Positions 12,806-24,800 of a DNA stretch of 62,000 nucleotides are shown here, one piece after another (position 1 is the first letter of the stretch; each line of letters starts with the position of its first letter). The notes beneath the pieces are model-generated. The model did not search any database and was not told the origin of the DNA. It saw only the letters and a list, made by a program, of their open reading frames with translations. The stretch covers positions 124,001-186,000 of the forward strand of contig MU058009.1 of assembly GCA_013265495.1 (NCBI GenBank). The letters run 5' to 3'. The position numbers were made by a program, and so were the translations under genes. Source of the stretch: Vicugna vicugna (lineage: Eukaryota).

Positions 12806-14455
12806 ACACTCAGAGCACCAGGCTGGCCGCTTCCCTCGCAGCGGACAGGTGACAGGCCACTGCTGAAGGCCGAGACGGTGTTTCAGAGGACCGTGCTACC
12901 CCCGGCATCTTCTTAGCACTTAAGTCACCCAGAGCGGCTCCAACCCCTCATCCCAGAGTCAGACAATCTCTCCTGCCCGTTTCTTCCACTCCATTTCATA
13001 GTAGTGTGGTCCCCGCTGAGAGACGGGGGGTGCCCACGGTGCCCAGCACAGAGCCCAGTGCCTGGCAGAAGCTCCATAAACATCGGCCAACTCCAGCAGA
13101 GTCACACCTTCCATCCCCATGATGAGCATGGGGTGTGGGGATAGGCAGGTATGAAGATGGGTGACCTCTGTCGGGAGAAAAGGCCCAGAGAAGTTAAGTG
13201 ACTGAACTAAGGTCACAGAGCCTCTTCTGATGTTCGTGCTTGTGGACGCACAAAGGTCTCAGGCCTCTGCTGCTCCCCACCTTTCCTCCCTGGACAAACC
13301 AGAAGGGGCAGGGCCCCCTGGAGACCGCCTGAAGAACCCCTGGTCTTCCTCTCCTGGGGAGGGGCCGGTCAGTCAGTTCTGGAGGCCTGGGGAGGGCTGG
13401 GCTGCAAGTCTGCTCAGTGAGTGGACGTAGGGGTCGTTGGGTGAGAAGTTGGGATCTTTGCGCAAAGGGCCTCCTTTGCCCAGTAGCCAGAGAAAGGCCA
13501 TCCTTCCAGCCGAGAAGCAGGCGACCTTCTGCGCTTGCAGGCTGGGGGAGCCGGCAGCTCCAGGCAGAGGAGGCCAGCCCTGACCTAGTAGCTCGGCCTT
13601 CCAGCGCCCCCACTCCCACCTGCCACTCCCTCCTGCTCCTCCCTGGATCCTCAGGAAACTCCAGGAGACCCTGGGGCCAGGTAAGTACCCAGAGCAGTGC
13701 ACCTTCAGCTGGAGGCTCTGGCCCTGCCCTTCCGGCCTCCAGGAGGCCTGGTTCAGGACTACAGCCCAGCGAGTGCCAACCCCCAAGTGTCTATTTTCTA
13801 AGGGAAAAACCCTAGGGCTTCCAAGTTGCTCTCAGCAGCTCCAGGACTCCGGCACAATCCTGGCCCAGGAAGGAAGTCGGCCTCATTCAACCCTGCTCAG
13901 CCTCCCAGGGGGCCCTGGGTGCAGGCAGATGGTGGGTGTGGGCTGGACGGTGAAGACAGCCCCCCATCCCCGCCCAGCCCTTACCCCCTCATTAGTGCCA
14001 GAGGCCTCCTTGGTGCGGGTGTGGCCAGGGAGCCACGGGGAGGCTAATGAGGGCTTTCCAGAAATGGGCGGTGGGTGCGACAGTGCTGAGGAAGGGATTT
14101 TATCTCTGAGCTACGGCCCTCCCAGGGGGAGGGCTGGGCTGGGCTGGGGTTCCCGCCCTCCCTCTGTGGTGGCAGCTTTCTCCTGCTCGCTGCTCCGGAT
14201 GGAGGTCCTCAGGCCCAGCCTGCGGAGGGCCAGGGAGATTGGAAAGGACCATCCGAAGCTTCAGGAGCAGAATAAGTATCTGACCATCCTGTCTCTGGGC
14301 CTCCCCAGTGGTGAGCCAAGGGGGAGCGATTGTGGAAAGTGCCCGAGACCAGAGGCTGGAGCGGGAAGGCCGTCCCCTTTCCCGCTTTTATTTCCTCAGA
14401 TATAAAAGGTGATCTGGAGCCCTCCCCTGGGCACTGACATTTGTTGGGTCTGAGA

Positions 14456-14631
14456 CAGTGATTCTCAACCTAGGCTGCATTTTACAGCGTTCTAGGGGAG
14501 TTGTTAAACTTAAATGTCCCATTGCTGGGCCACACCAGCTAAATCCCCATCCTGGGAGGTGGACCCGAGCAGCAGGGCTTTTTAAAGCTCCCAGAGGATT
14601 CCAGGGTGTGACCAGGTTTGAGAACTGACTG
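14456..14631. mobile_element. MER5-type hAT-Charlie MITE
   Basis: Terminal inverted repeats cagtgattctcaacct ... aggtttgagaactgactg; internal tttttaaagctcccagaggattcc. Confidence 0.8.
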
Positions 14632-14755
14632 TCTCTGGGCCTTTGCTCAGCGGAACCTCCTACGATCACAGCGTAGAGACTGAGGGGGCCTTTCCAAAAA
14701 GCAAGCACAGTAGGGGGCGGGCCCTTCCCTCCTGCTTCTCTGGTGCTGTGTTTTG

Positions 14756-14868
14756 TTTTTGTTTGTTTATTTGTTTGTTTTTAATGGAGGCACTGGGGAT
14801 TGAAGCCAGGACCTCGTGCATGCTAAGCATGTGCTCTACCACTGAGCTCTACCCTCCACCCAAGGATG
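14756..14868 (-). mobile_element. tRNA-Ala-derived SINE (camelid Vic-1-like) with a perfect 17-bp TSD
   Basis: Minus strand GGGTGGAGGGTAGAGCTCAGTGGTAGAGCACATGCTTAGCATGCACGAGGTCCTGGCTTCAATCCCCAGTGCCTCCA plus A-rich tail; A/B-box-like motifs; flanked by tctggtgctgtgttttg at 14739-14755 and 14869-14885. Confidence 0.9.
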
Positions 14869-16599
14869 TCTGGTGCTGTGTTTTGGAATATTGGGTTAGA
14901 GGAGGGAAGAGGGAAGTGGGACTGTGCTGTGTGTGTGCTCAGGCTCACTCACACACACACACACACACAGTCTCAGAATGGGCCCTGATTACGTCTTCCT
15001 GAATAAGTGGTTATCACGCCGGTTATTCATGTAACCATGCATTATTGATCGGCCTCCGCCTCGGTGCACGGGAGGGGGCACTCATTACCCCTCCATTTAG
15101 ATGGGGGCCCGGAGCTGGGGGCCAGGAGGGGAGAAAGTCTCAAGCAGCCCGAGCCGGAGATGCATTATTCATACATCAAGCCCTCTCCGGATTGGTTATT
15201 ATCCTGAGCCACTGTAGAGCTTGGTCTCCTAATTTTTAATCACAGGGAAGGTGGAAGCATTAGCCTTTTGTGATTAATCCGGAGATAAAAATAGTTGACT
15301 GTTTCGGTGTTGTGCTTGTTGTCAGTCAGGAAGAAATGCATTAACCGTTGGGTGACTGAGGCCTGGAGGACCTGAGCGGTTCCGAGACAGAGCAGGTCCC
15401 TAGAGCTGGAAGGCTCGGCCCGACAGGCGCTGGTGGGAGTGAGAACCCACTGGCTCCTCAGTGCTGCTTATGAAAGGGACATCCTGCGGCTGAGGGTCCC
15501 GCCGTCGTGGGCTGGTTGGCTCTTTGCAGGTTACTCTCTTGCCACCAGGAGTTGGGCCGGCGGCTGGGGGGCCTTCCTTCTTGCTCTGCCCCTCTCGGGC
15601 CACCAGCCCTGCAGACGGCGCCGCATGCGTGGCTGGGCACTGTGGGGCGCCCCCCTCCCTGTGCGGGAGGGAGCCCCTGAGGACTTTCTCCAGGCTCTGC
15701 TGCCGAGGGCGAGGGGGCTCACGTGGGGAGGCTGGCAGGGAGGCAGGTGCAGCTCGGCGTTGACGGAGAAGGAAACCGAGGCCAGAGAGGACAGACTGTG
15801 CAGAGCTTCAGTGAGTGAGGGCAGGGAAGGATGGGGGAGCCAGCCCGGCTCCACCAGGGAGGTCAAGCTTTCATCTGTTTTGTGCACTAGGGCTCTTGAT
15901 ACCATTTTACGGAAGTAAGAGATTCTGTGGCTGAAGGTTTATGGAATGGCCCCTAGCCCCACGGCTGTCTCTGAGAAGGGCTCCCACGATCAGAAGGCTT
16001 TGGACTTCTGGCCTGGAGCCTGTGCCAGGGGTGACCATCTGGCTGTCCTTCCCACAGGACATCGGCTGCACAGATGGCAAAGTGGGGCTGGGTTCAGAGG
16101 GTTTCCGCCCCAGCCTGGAACTGCTCTCTGCCTCAGTGTCTGGCAACCACAAGGCATCAGGTCCATTTGAGTCCTTGGTCTTGGTTTGTGGGGTTGGCCA
16201 ACCTCGCCCAGACAGGCTGGGAAAATTCCCTCGGTGCCAGGCCATGGGCAGCCCTCTGAGGTTTCCTCCAAAGTCCAGCTGGTCACCTAAGTGGCCCTTG
16301 CTGGGCGTCCAGAAGTCCCCGGATGCTCTGCCAGCCCAGACGATGTCTCCAGAGATGGTAGATGGGGCACAGCTGCCAAGGGAAGTCACAGCTGCACGGA
16401 TGTGGAGGTTATGACGCCAGTGGCACAGGTGGGGAGGTCAGCAAGGTCATCCTCCCCCTCCCCGGGAATACCTTGTGGACACTAAGCTCCTTGGAGGGCA
16501 GGCCCGCCCCAGTCTTGTTCAACTTGTGTACGGCGAGTTCTCCAGCAGCAGTCTGGTGAAAACACAGTCTGGTTGTGGCAGTGCTCTGCTCCAGGACCT

Positions 16600-17075
16600 C
16601 CAGGGGCTCCACACTCTCCTTGGAATATAATCTGAACTCCTCTCAGTTGCCTACAAGCGCCTACAAGTGCCTACAAGTGCCTGCACCCCGGACCCATCCT
16701 GCCTCTGGGACATGGTTCCCCTCAGCCACGCGACCCTCACCACGCCCCGCCCCACGGCTTTTCCATCTGGAATGCTCTTTTCTGTATCCTTATCCCACTG
16801 GCTTCTCCCTGTCAATGACAGTGCAGCTTAAATGTCACATCCTCGGTGAGGACGGCCAACCTGCATAACAGCCCCTCAATCAGTCTCCATCACACCAGCC
16901 CACTTCAGTTTTCTTTATCGCTGGATTCATTTATTATCTCCCTTTACTGGAAAGGAGGCTCCCTGAGAACAAAGACAGACCCTGTCTGTCTCGGTCACTG
17001 CAGCGTTGCCTTGTCCAGACCCGTGCCCGGCATGCGGTAGGTTTTCAGTAAATATTTGTTGTATGAATAAATGAA
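16600..17075 (+). mobile_element. L2 LINE 3' fragment (contains a 10-bp x3 tandem gcctacaag(c/t) at 16649-16682)
   Basis: ctggaatgctcttt..., cagcttaaatgtcacatcctc, ends gtgcccggcatgcggtaggttttcagtaaatatttgttgtatgaataaatgaa (L2 tail). Confidence 0.8.
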
Positions 17076-17574
17076 AGATCCTGGGTGAGGGGTCTGTCAT
17101 GGGACTTGGCTCTGAGGCCAGCAGTTTGAGTGCTGCGTGTGCGCAGAGGAGTGGGTAGAGCTGGGGGTGGCAGGTGAGAACTGGCTAGGACGTCTCTGTG
17201 GCTTGGTCTTGGGCGACTGACTGCTTGCTGCCATTTCTGAAGAGGGGAAGCCTGGGCGGGAAGGGCTTCGGGTGGTGGTGGTTCTCAGCCTGTTTTCTTG
17301 GAAGCATGAGATCCCTCGGTCAAACAGGGATCCCAGTCTGGTTTGTCTGGGTCATAGGCTGGGGAGAAGGCTGCAGGCAGGCAGGATGGCAGCTCAGAGG
17401 GCCCTTGGCTTGGAGGGAAGAGGAGGTTTGCCACCGAAGAGGCTTGTCTTTGCATCAGTGTTCAGCTCCCGACTTTTCTTCCTCCATGTCTTTCTTTCAG
17501 CCTCTTCAACGTCACAGTCTGAGTAGTTGAGTGAAACCAGACACATCCTGCCCTCTTGGAGCTGATGGGGAGAA

Positions 17575-18001
17575 CTCTGCTTCTCAAAGTGTGTGCCTGG
17601 GACAGACCTGCAGCCTCCGCACCGCCTGGGAGCTTGTTAGAAATGCAGATGGGGTGGGAAGGGATAAATTGGGAGCTGGAGATTTGTAGATATGTAAAAC
17701 TACTATATGTAAAATAGATCAACAACAAGTTTATACTGTGCAGCCCAGGGAACTATATCCAGTATCTTGTAGTAACCTACCATGAAAAAGAATATGAGTA
17801 AGAATGTACGTATGTACATGTATGATGGAAACTTTATGCTGTGCACCAGAAACTGACACTACATGGTAAACCGACTATACTTCCATAATAAAAAAAAGAA
17901 ATACAGACACTTGAGCTCCTCCTCAGGACCACCTAAATCTGAATCTACGCTTAAAAAAGACCCAGATAACGTATATGTACACTGATGTCTGAGGAGTACT
18001 G
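17575..18001. mobile_element. MER5A-type hAT MITE split by an L1 insertion
   Basis: Left half cttctcaaagtgtg...cctgggagcttgttagaaatgcaga; right half ...ctgaatctacgcttaaaaaagaccc...gtctgaggagtactg. Confidence 0.8.
17650..17896 (+). mobile_element. 5'-truncated young L1 3' UTR with TSD
   Basis: gggtgggaagggataaattgggag...gggaactatatccagtatcttgtagtaacc...poly(A); TSD agaaatgcaga (17639-17649) / agaaatacaga (17897-17907). Confidence 0.9.
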
Positions 18002-18519
18002 CTCTGGAGGCCTCTGAGGGTGGTTACAAATGGATGAGTGCTTTGTAAAAAGGCTCACCAGATAATGAGAACACGCGTGGGCCCTTCGTCCCTTGATTGG
18101 CCCCCTGTTGCCTTCGTGACTCTCTGGGCTAGCGTTCTGCTCACTGTACACTGGGTTTGAAGGCAGAACCCAATATGAACTGGTTTCATAATAGGTGCCT
18201 TTGCACGGGCAGTTCTTTATCTTGGGATGCTGGAGTTCCTTCTTTCCCCGGATCACTCTTACCCAGCCTTCCAGATTTAGCTAAGGGGTTGCCTAGTCCA
18301 TAAGGTCTTTCTGGGATCTCCTGGTTGGATCAAGTGACTTTTGTCTGTGATCCCATAGCATCCCAGGCACCCTTCTGTCTCAATATATAACCTCTTCTCT
18401 GGAAACGATTCGCACGTTTGTCTCTCTCCTGGACAGCAGCCTCATCCATCCTCGGTCCCTGTCACCTGGCAAAGCACCTGCCACTCTGTAAATATCCCGT
18501 ATGTGTTTCCTGAGCCGAA

Positions 18520-18910
18520 CCTGGCTTGAGTCCATCCCTTTACAAGCTGTATGATTGCGGGCGAGTTATATAATCTGACAACCTTAGCCCTCTTACCTGG
18601 GAAGTGGGACAATAAAGATAACTGCAGGGTTGTTGTGAGGGCTACCTTTATGATGTGAAGAACGAGGAGAGCTTTGTAAAGGGTGAGACAGACATCACGT
18701 CCAGTTTTTAAGAATAGTATTTAGTTTTGTTTATGTGGACAACACTGGGCCAAGGGCCCTCCTGTTTTATTCTCAGTATCCTTCGAAACAGGTGCTATTA
18801 GGATCTTCCCATTTTGTAGATTAGGAATCTAGAGGTCAGAGAGGGCAAATTACTGAGCTAAGCAACACAGCAGGTAAGGGGTAGGGTTGCAATTTAGAGC
18901 CAGGTTTGTG
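18520..18910. mobile_element. Two MIR fragments in opposite orientation
   Basis: + copy at about 18520-18680 (agggttgttgtgaggg); - copy at about 18740-18910 (cccattttgtagattaggaatctagaggtcagagaggg). Confidence 0.6.
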
Positions 18911-19339
18911 TGATCCTGTGATAGGTTCTGCTGGAGTCAGAGCAGCGCACGGACCGCCCCTGGAGCTGGGGCAGCGCTTCATAGCCCTTCCCACCCAGCC
19001 CCCTGCCCCCAGCCTCTATTCCTGCGCATTCAGACCCCGCATCCCTAAGCTGATTTCAGAGGGCTCAAGGAGGCGTGGGCCTGGCTCGCAGTTTGTGATC
19101 GAGAGACGTCTGCTGCGGGAGTGGAGGAATGATTCTTGCTGCTCACATCCAGGGTGGGGCTCCCTTTCGTCGTTCTGCCCTGTCCTCAGGTTCTGGGCCG
19201 CGTGTCATCCCAGCCTCCAGCTTCCTCGCGCGCATAGACGCGCCACCTAATGGCCAAAGTGCAGAACTGCAGAACGTAAAGAGGACTGAGATGCACCAGT
19301 TTTTTAGGGTCAGCTTTTTAGGGCCAGCTCAAAGTGCGT

Positions 19340-20560
19340 TCAGAAAATCCATCCTCTGCGTGCTAGGCCCTGTTCAAGGCACCGGGGACGCAAAACTCCT
19401 GCCTGGGTGGAGTTTATATTCTAGTGAGAGAGACACAATAAATGGATAAATACATAATACGATGTTGGGTGTTGGTAAGTAGTTCTAATTAAAAATAAGA
19501 ACAGGCAGGGAACAGGGAAATCCTAACCTGGCCGCCAGGGTCCTCTTCTGGTTTTCTCCCGGCCTCTCTGGATGCTGCTTTCTGCCTTCTTCCCACCCGT
19601 AACTGTCAGTCATCCCTGGGGCTTGCTCTTACCTGCATACGTCATTCTAAACTCCATCCATTGCTTTCCTGTGGACTGAGCCAACATCTGCATGTTGACA
19701 AATCCCAAATAGGCGTATCTCCTATTTTGGGGAATGGCACCACCATTCAGTTACTAAAGCCAGAAATCTGTGCGTCTTTCTGGATTCTATTCTCCTTCAC
19801 CCGGTGTTGCTAACCATCCTGGTTAATTCTCTGAAATAGCTCTCAGATTTGTCTCTTGTCGACAGACGCAGACACAGAGAACAAACTTGTGGTTACCAGG
19901 CGGCAAAGAGGGTGGGAAGGGATAAGTTGGGAGTGTGAAATTTGCACCTCTTGAGGAGTGATGGAAATGTGAACTACCTTGACTGTGATGGTGGTTTCAC
20001 TGATGTACATGCCTCTGTCAAAATTCGTGAAATTGTGCATCTGAGATATGTGTAGTTTACTGTACAGGAATCATATCACTATAAAGGTGTTAAAAAGAAA
20101 CAACACCAACTCAAGAATACTTGCTGACATGAATGATGACTACAGGCAGAACTGAGTACCACAGGTAAGGAAGGAAGAGAAACAATTTTGTCTGTTGTCA
20201 TCACCAACAGTCTCCCTGGCTCAGGCCTTCGTTGTTTTTCGCTTGGGTGACAGTACTTAATACCCTCTTCTCCACCCGCCTCACTGCCCCACAGTGCTCT
20301 TTACAGCAGTTTGATCATTCACCTACATACTCAATTACTCATTCCCTCACCATTCACTGAATAGCCAGCATTCCTTTGTTTAAAAGCTTTCAAAAGTCTC
20401 CCACTGCCACCTAGGCAAAGTCTGAACTTCTTGGCTCCTGCCAACCTCTCCTGCCTCATTTCCCGTCTCTTCTTAACTCAATTTATTCCTGTGGATAAGA
20501 ATCACCTGCAATTCTTGGAATAAGTCACTCTTTCCCAATTGTCACTTTCCCTTTTCTTAG
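19340..20560. mobile_element. Fragmented L2 pieces around an L1 fragment
   Basis: ggagtttatattctagtgagagagacacaataaa (- L2); gaatggcaccaccattcagttactaaagccagaaatctg and ctcccactgccacctaggcaaagtctgaacttctt (+ L2). Confidence 0.6.
19861..20100 (+). mobile_element. L1 3' UTR fragment, apparently chimeric (young-type 5' part, old L1M-type 3' part)
   Basis: acagagaacaaacttgtggttaccagg...gggataagttgggagtgtgaaatttgca, then gtgatggaaatgtgaactaccttgactgtgatggtggtttcac...tgtcaaaattcgtgaaattgtgcat. Confidence 0.75.
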
Positions 20561-20569
20561 CTAACTGAA

Positions 20570-20760
20570 GGTCAGGCAGCTTGGGCTCAAATGCTGAGAC
20601 CTACCTGTGCTAGTTTGTGGCCACGGACAAGTCTCTTAGCCTCTCCATACCTCAGTTTCTTCACTTGTAAAGTAGAAAATATAATGAGACCAGATTTGCT
20701 CTGTAGCTGCCAGGATCAAGTGAGATGCAGTGGGGAAGACGCTTTATAAGTGGTCCAGCA
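20570..20760 (+). mobile_element. MIR SINE
   Basis: ggacaagtctcttagcctctccatacctcagtttcttcacttgtaaagtag...ggatcaagtgagatg. Confidence 0.75.
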
Positions 20761-21339
20761 TTTTATACATGTTATTTGTTCTCCAGGCAGACTGGGCTCA
20801 TTCCCTTGAAAGATGGCTGGCTGAGTGCCTGGGGCTTAGAATTCTGCTGCGCTGTCTGCCTGGGAAGCGGCGGTCTCTCTCCATTTCCCCCTCCCCGTCC
20901 TCACCAGACACGGGATGAAGACCCTGCTGCTCCCCGGGGAGGGGGGATCTGCTGCCCTGCCTGGCTTGGCCCTCCAGTTCCCCCACATTCTGTGCCCACG
21001 AGAGACAGGCCATGGGACCAGAAGGCTGCAAAGGTGGGCGTGAACCCAGCCGACCCGTGTGGAGCAGAGGTGGGTGATCTCAGCTGAGCTCAGCCAAACG
21101 GCAGACTCATAGGATCATTCAGTTTGGGGCAGTTGATTAAGTGGCAGAAGTTCGCTGATAGACTCAGCGGGCGCCTGCTGTCCGGTTTGCTCCCGAGAGA
21201 TGGCCCAAAGCTCTGGGCTCCTGTGGTCACCTCAGCCCTGGGCCCACAGCTGGGCCTCTCTGCTCCACTCCAATCCTTTCTACCTCCACCGGCCAGCTGA
21301 CTGTCCACAGGCGCCACCTCCACTGCTGACCGTGTTCAT

Positions 21340-21820
21340 TGCTCCCCGCTGCTCCGGGATGAAGCCCCATTTCTCAGCGTGCAGCACATCCAGGGCTCTC
21401 CACGGCCCCGCCTTCTCTCCCAGCTCTTTCTCTCATGCTTTCATTGGCCTCATCTCTTCACCTCTCCGCAAGAATAGCCTGATCTTTAGAACTACATGCT
21501 AGGGTTTGTGATATTCCCTCTGCTGGGAATGCCCTGATCCTGCATCTTAACTGGCTGGAATCCCACCCTCTCTTCAATCAGCTCCAAGGCCCCCTTTGCC
21601 GTGTTAACGCTTGGTTGTTAACAAAAGGGCTCCTCCAGGAAGCCCTTTCACAATCTCAGCCTCTGCCCTAAGACCGTGTGCCACATCCGTGAGCCCATAA
21701 CGGCTGGCTGCCCCACAGCTGTGAGCTCCTTGATGGCTGGCCCTCGCCGGGTTCTTCTTTTTATCCCTGTACCATTATAGTGTCCAGCACACAGTGAGCC
21801 TTAGTAAATATTGGTTGGCG
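21340..21820 (+). mobile_element. L2 LINE 3' fragment
   Basis: tattccctctgctgggaatgccct..., ctcctccaggaagcccttt, tgtgagctccttgatggc, agcacacagtgagccttagtaaatattggttg. Confidence 0.65.
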
Positions 21821-24800
21821 GTGCCTGTCTGATCCCACGGACTGGAAGCGAACTCGCCCTGCTCCCTCAGCGCTGAGCCTCTGCCTTCACCCTGGCACCC
21901 GCTGCAGTCCCCGTTACACTGACGACCTGTCTTAGGTCCCCTGCAGGTCCTGGCGAGTCTGAATGCGCCTTTGCACTTCCCCCACCACCTGGCGTATTAC
22001 CTCCGAGGTAGCAATAAGGACACAACAGCACTGGTGCGGATAACAGCTAACATTGGTACACTGCTTGCACTTCCAGGACTCTCCCAGCGCTATAAAAAGT
22101 ATCACTTAATCCTCACAACAACCCCATACGAGGTTGACACAGTTACTTGCCCAGCGTAACATAGCCAGTAAGTAGAGGAGTTGGGATACTTTCAGTGTTG
22201 CCAGATTTACGAGATAGAGGTACACGTGAAACTGCTTGTTTCAACCTCTTATTCTGTTACCTCCTTGTTCCGCACCCCCAGCCTCCCTAGACGTCATGGT
22301 CAGCACCTTGCCGCAAAGCACCGACCACGGTGACGACGAGGAGGTAACAGGCCAGGATGGGTAGGGACCCCCAGGGAGGAGAGGTGAAGGCAAGGGAGAC
22401 CGATGTTGTCAGGGACAAAGTCACACCAAGTCACTTGTTTCCCCCCTCAGTTTAGGAAGAGTGAGCGTTCTGTTCATTTCCGATTAAACCCTGAAAAGGT
22501 CTGAGCCATCTCATCAGTGAGGAGCTGTTTGCGAGGAGACGGATGTTTCATTAATACTGAGCACACAAATGAATCACAGGATGTGTGTGGAGCAGGGGGA
22601 GAGAGAGGGTGATGGGGAGGGGGAGGGCACAGACATCGGCTCCACGCAAGCAGGGGTGTGTGTACCTCTGTGTGTGTGTGTGTCCTTGTGCCTGTGTGTG
22701 TGTCCATGGAAGCGCCCGGCACAGGCTGATGGTGGGAGATGTGTGACAGTGTGGGGACAGCAGGTGCAGGAGGACTTGAGGTAGCCCCCTTTCGTGGCCA
22801 GAGGGAGAAATCAGCAGGGAAGGGGCGGCCCGTGAGAGCAGCAGCAAGAGGAACAGTGTGCCGTGGGGCAGCAGGTGGGACCGTAGGGCAGCAGGGGGAG
22901 GAGGGGAGAACGTCCCTCAGGCACCGGGGAGGTGGGTTGTCATGCGGAGGGACCGGCGCCCTGTCCGGCTGGGCTCCTGTGCAGACGGCTGCAGGACAGG
23001 GGGCGAGCCCTTCCTGGGCATGTTTGCAGGAGTTTCTGGCGCATGTCTGCTGCACAGCGTCTCCCAAAGCTCTCTGGCTGGTTCCGACCTTGACTTGATT
23101 TGGAGGTTCTCTCGCTCAACGTGGCTCGGGCTGGGGGAGAAGTCGAGCGTGGTGGCATGGGTTGCCACTTACTCATTTGGACCTCACAGTAGTCTCATGC
23201 CATCATGGGGCCTCGCAGTTATCTTCAACTCACAGAGGGAGAAACTGAGGCACAGAACGGCCAATCCGCTTGGCACAAGTCACTCAGCTCACAAGTGGGG
23301 GACCCGGGAAACTGGCTCAGGCGCTGGAAGCCCAGCGGCGCTCTCCTAACCTCAGTGCCGCCTGGCTGCATCCCCGTGCGCCCCGCTCTGTGCGGACAGC
23401 TTCAAGGCGGCCACCCTGACCCAGCAAAACGCCGCGGGACTCGGGAGTGTCCAGGTTGGTCCCATAAATAGAAAGCGGAATCAGTATGGTTGGTTTTGCT
23501 AGAGGCTCCCATCTGGCAAGTCAGCCTCCTCCAGGAGCCCTGAGGCTCGCGCTACGGAGGGAGAGGGGCCCAGGTGGAACCCTCCTCACCGGTACCTGGA
23601 GCCTCAGGAGCCTTTGCAGAGATGGAGGGGCAGGGGAAAGGGTCGCCTCATTAAGGGGCTTAAAAGCAAACTTACAAAATCCCAATAATTGGCTTTTAAA
23701 ATGAGAGGTCAGGAACACCGCCGTTCGCAGTACAAAGACGCGCATTTGTTCCAGATGGCAGTTGGCTGAAGCAGCGCAGGGAAGACGGAGGAGGAGCAAG
23801 AGAGACAGAGCGAGTTCAGGGAGGGGGGCACAGGGAGAAACAGGCAGGAGGAGAAGAGAGCCGAGCGAGGGGCCAGTCATCCATGGGGAGAACAGGAGCA
23901 GAGACAATACACTGTCCCTCGTCACGCGGAACCGTGAAGCCAAGCGGCTGCGCGCCAAGTGAGGAAAACAGGCAGAACGCTTCCTCTGGGCCTCTTGCCA
24001 CAAAAATTCATTTCAGGGAATCCCAAATAAACCACTAAATGTACCTTTCAACTTTATGCAAATTTACCAAATCCGCTATTTGCCAGAATCCTAAGAGGAA
24101 AAAAAAAGTCTTTTTCTGAGCTGAGCCTGTTTTTGGAAAAAACCCCGCAAGCCTCTAAATTTGAAAAAGGGCGATTCTTTTAGAATTCATTACCCAAAGC
24201 GTCTCACCGCTCATCTGTACTTGAGCATCATAGGTACTTTTGAAATCACCTGTCTTCCTCACTCTTCACAGAGAGAGACCACATTTCTCCTCAGGAATTG
24301 GTGAGCACTGCATTGCATTTGAGATGGAGAGGGTACGTTTCATAGGCGAACATTGCTGCTTTACAGTCTGCCAGGATGCTGCGACGTGGACCGTAAAAAG
24401 TCTTTGCATCCACAGGGCGTCACTCGGAGAAATAGGGTTGTCTCGCCCTGGGGAGGACATGGGTTGGGGTCCTGCAAACCAACTCCTGAGGTAGAGCCCT
24501 GAGGACGTCTAGTGGGGAGGCCTTTCTGGATCACCCCCAACGGGACAGAGGGGCAGTCTGGACCATGAGAGTGGCACCTCACATTTCCCCGTGGATCCCA
24601 CTAGAAGCAGTACAGCTGAGGGGCTCCTTCGGGCTGTCTGATTCTGGGAGGGAAGGCTGGCCTTTGCATCCTTGGGGGGCCAGTCACTGGAAGTGGGCTT
24701 CCTCCCTGTGGCTGCAGGTGGTCCTCCACCCAGAGGGGGCTCAGCAGAGAGCTGGCCACCTCCGACAGCCCAGCAACTGAGGAGGAGTCCTTCCGTCCTG

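Noticed and set aside
14785..14860. Functional tRNA-Ala gene
   Set aside because: A-rich tail, 17-bp TSD, altered B box and acceptor stem, and no oligo-T terminator indicate a retroposed SINE.
16649..16682. Short direct repeats as a CRISPR-like array (also 40928-40953)
   Set aside because: Only 2-3 adjacent 10-13 bp units with no spacers, inside eukaryotic repeats; simple slippage duplications.
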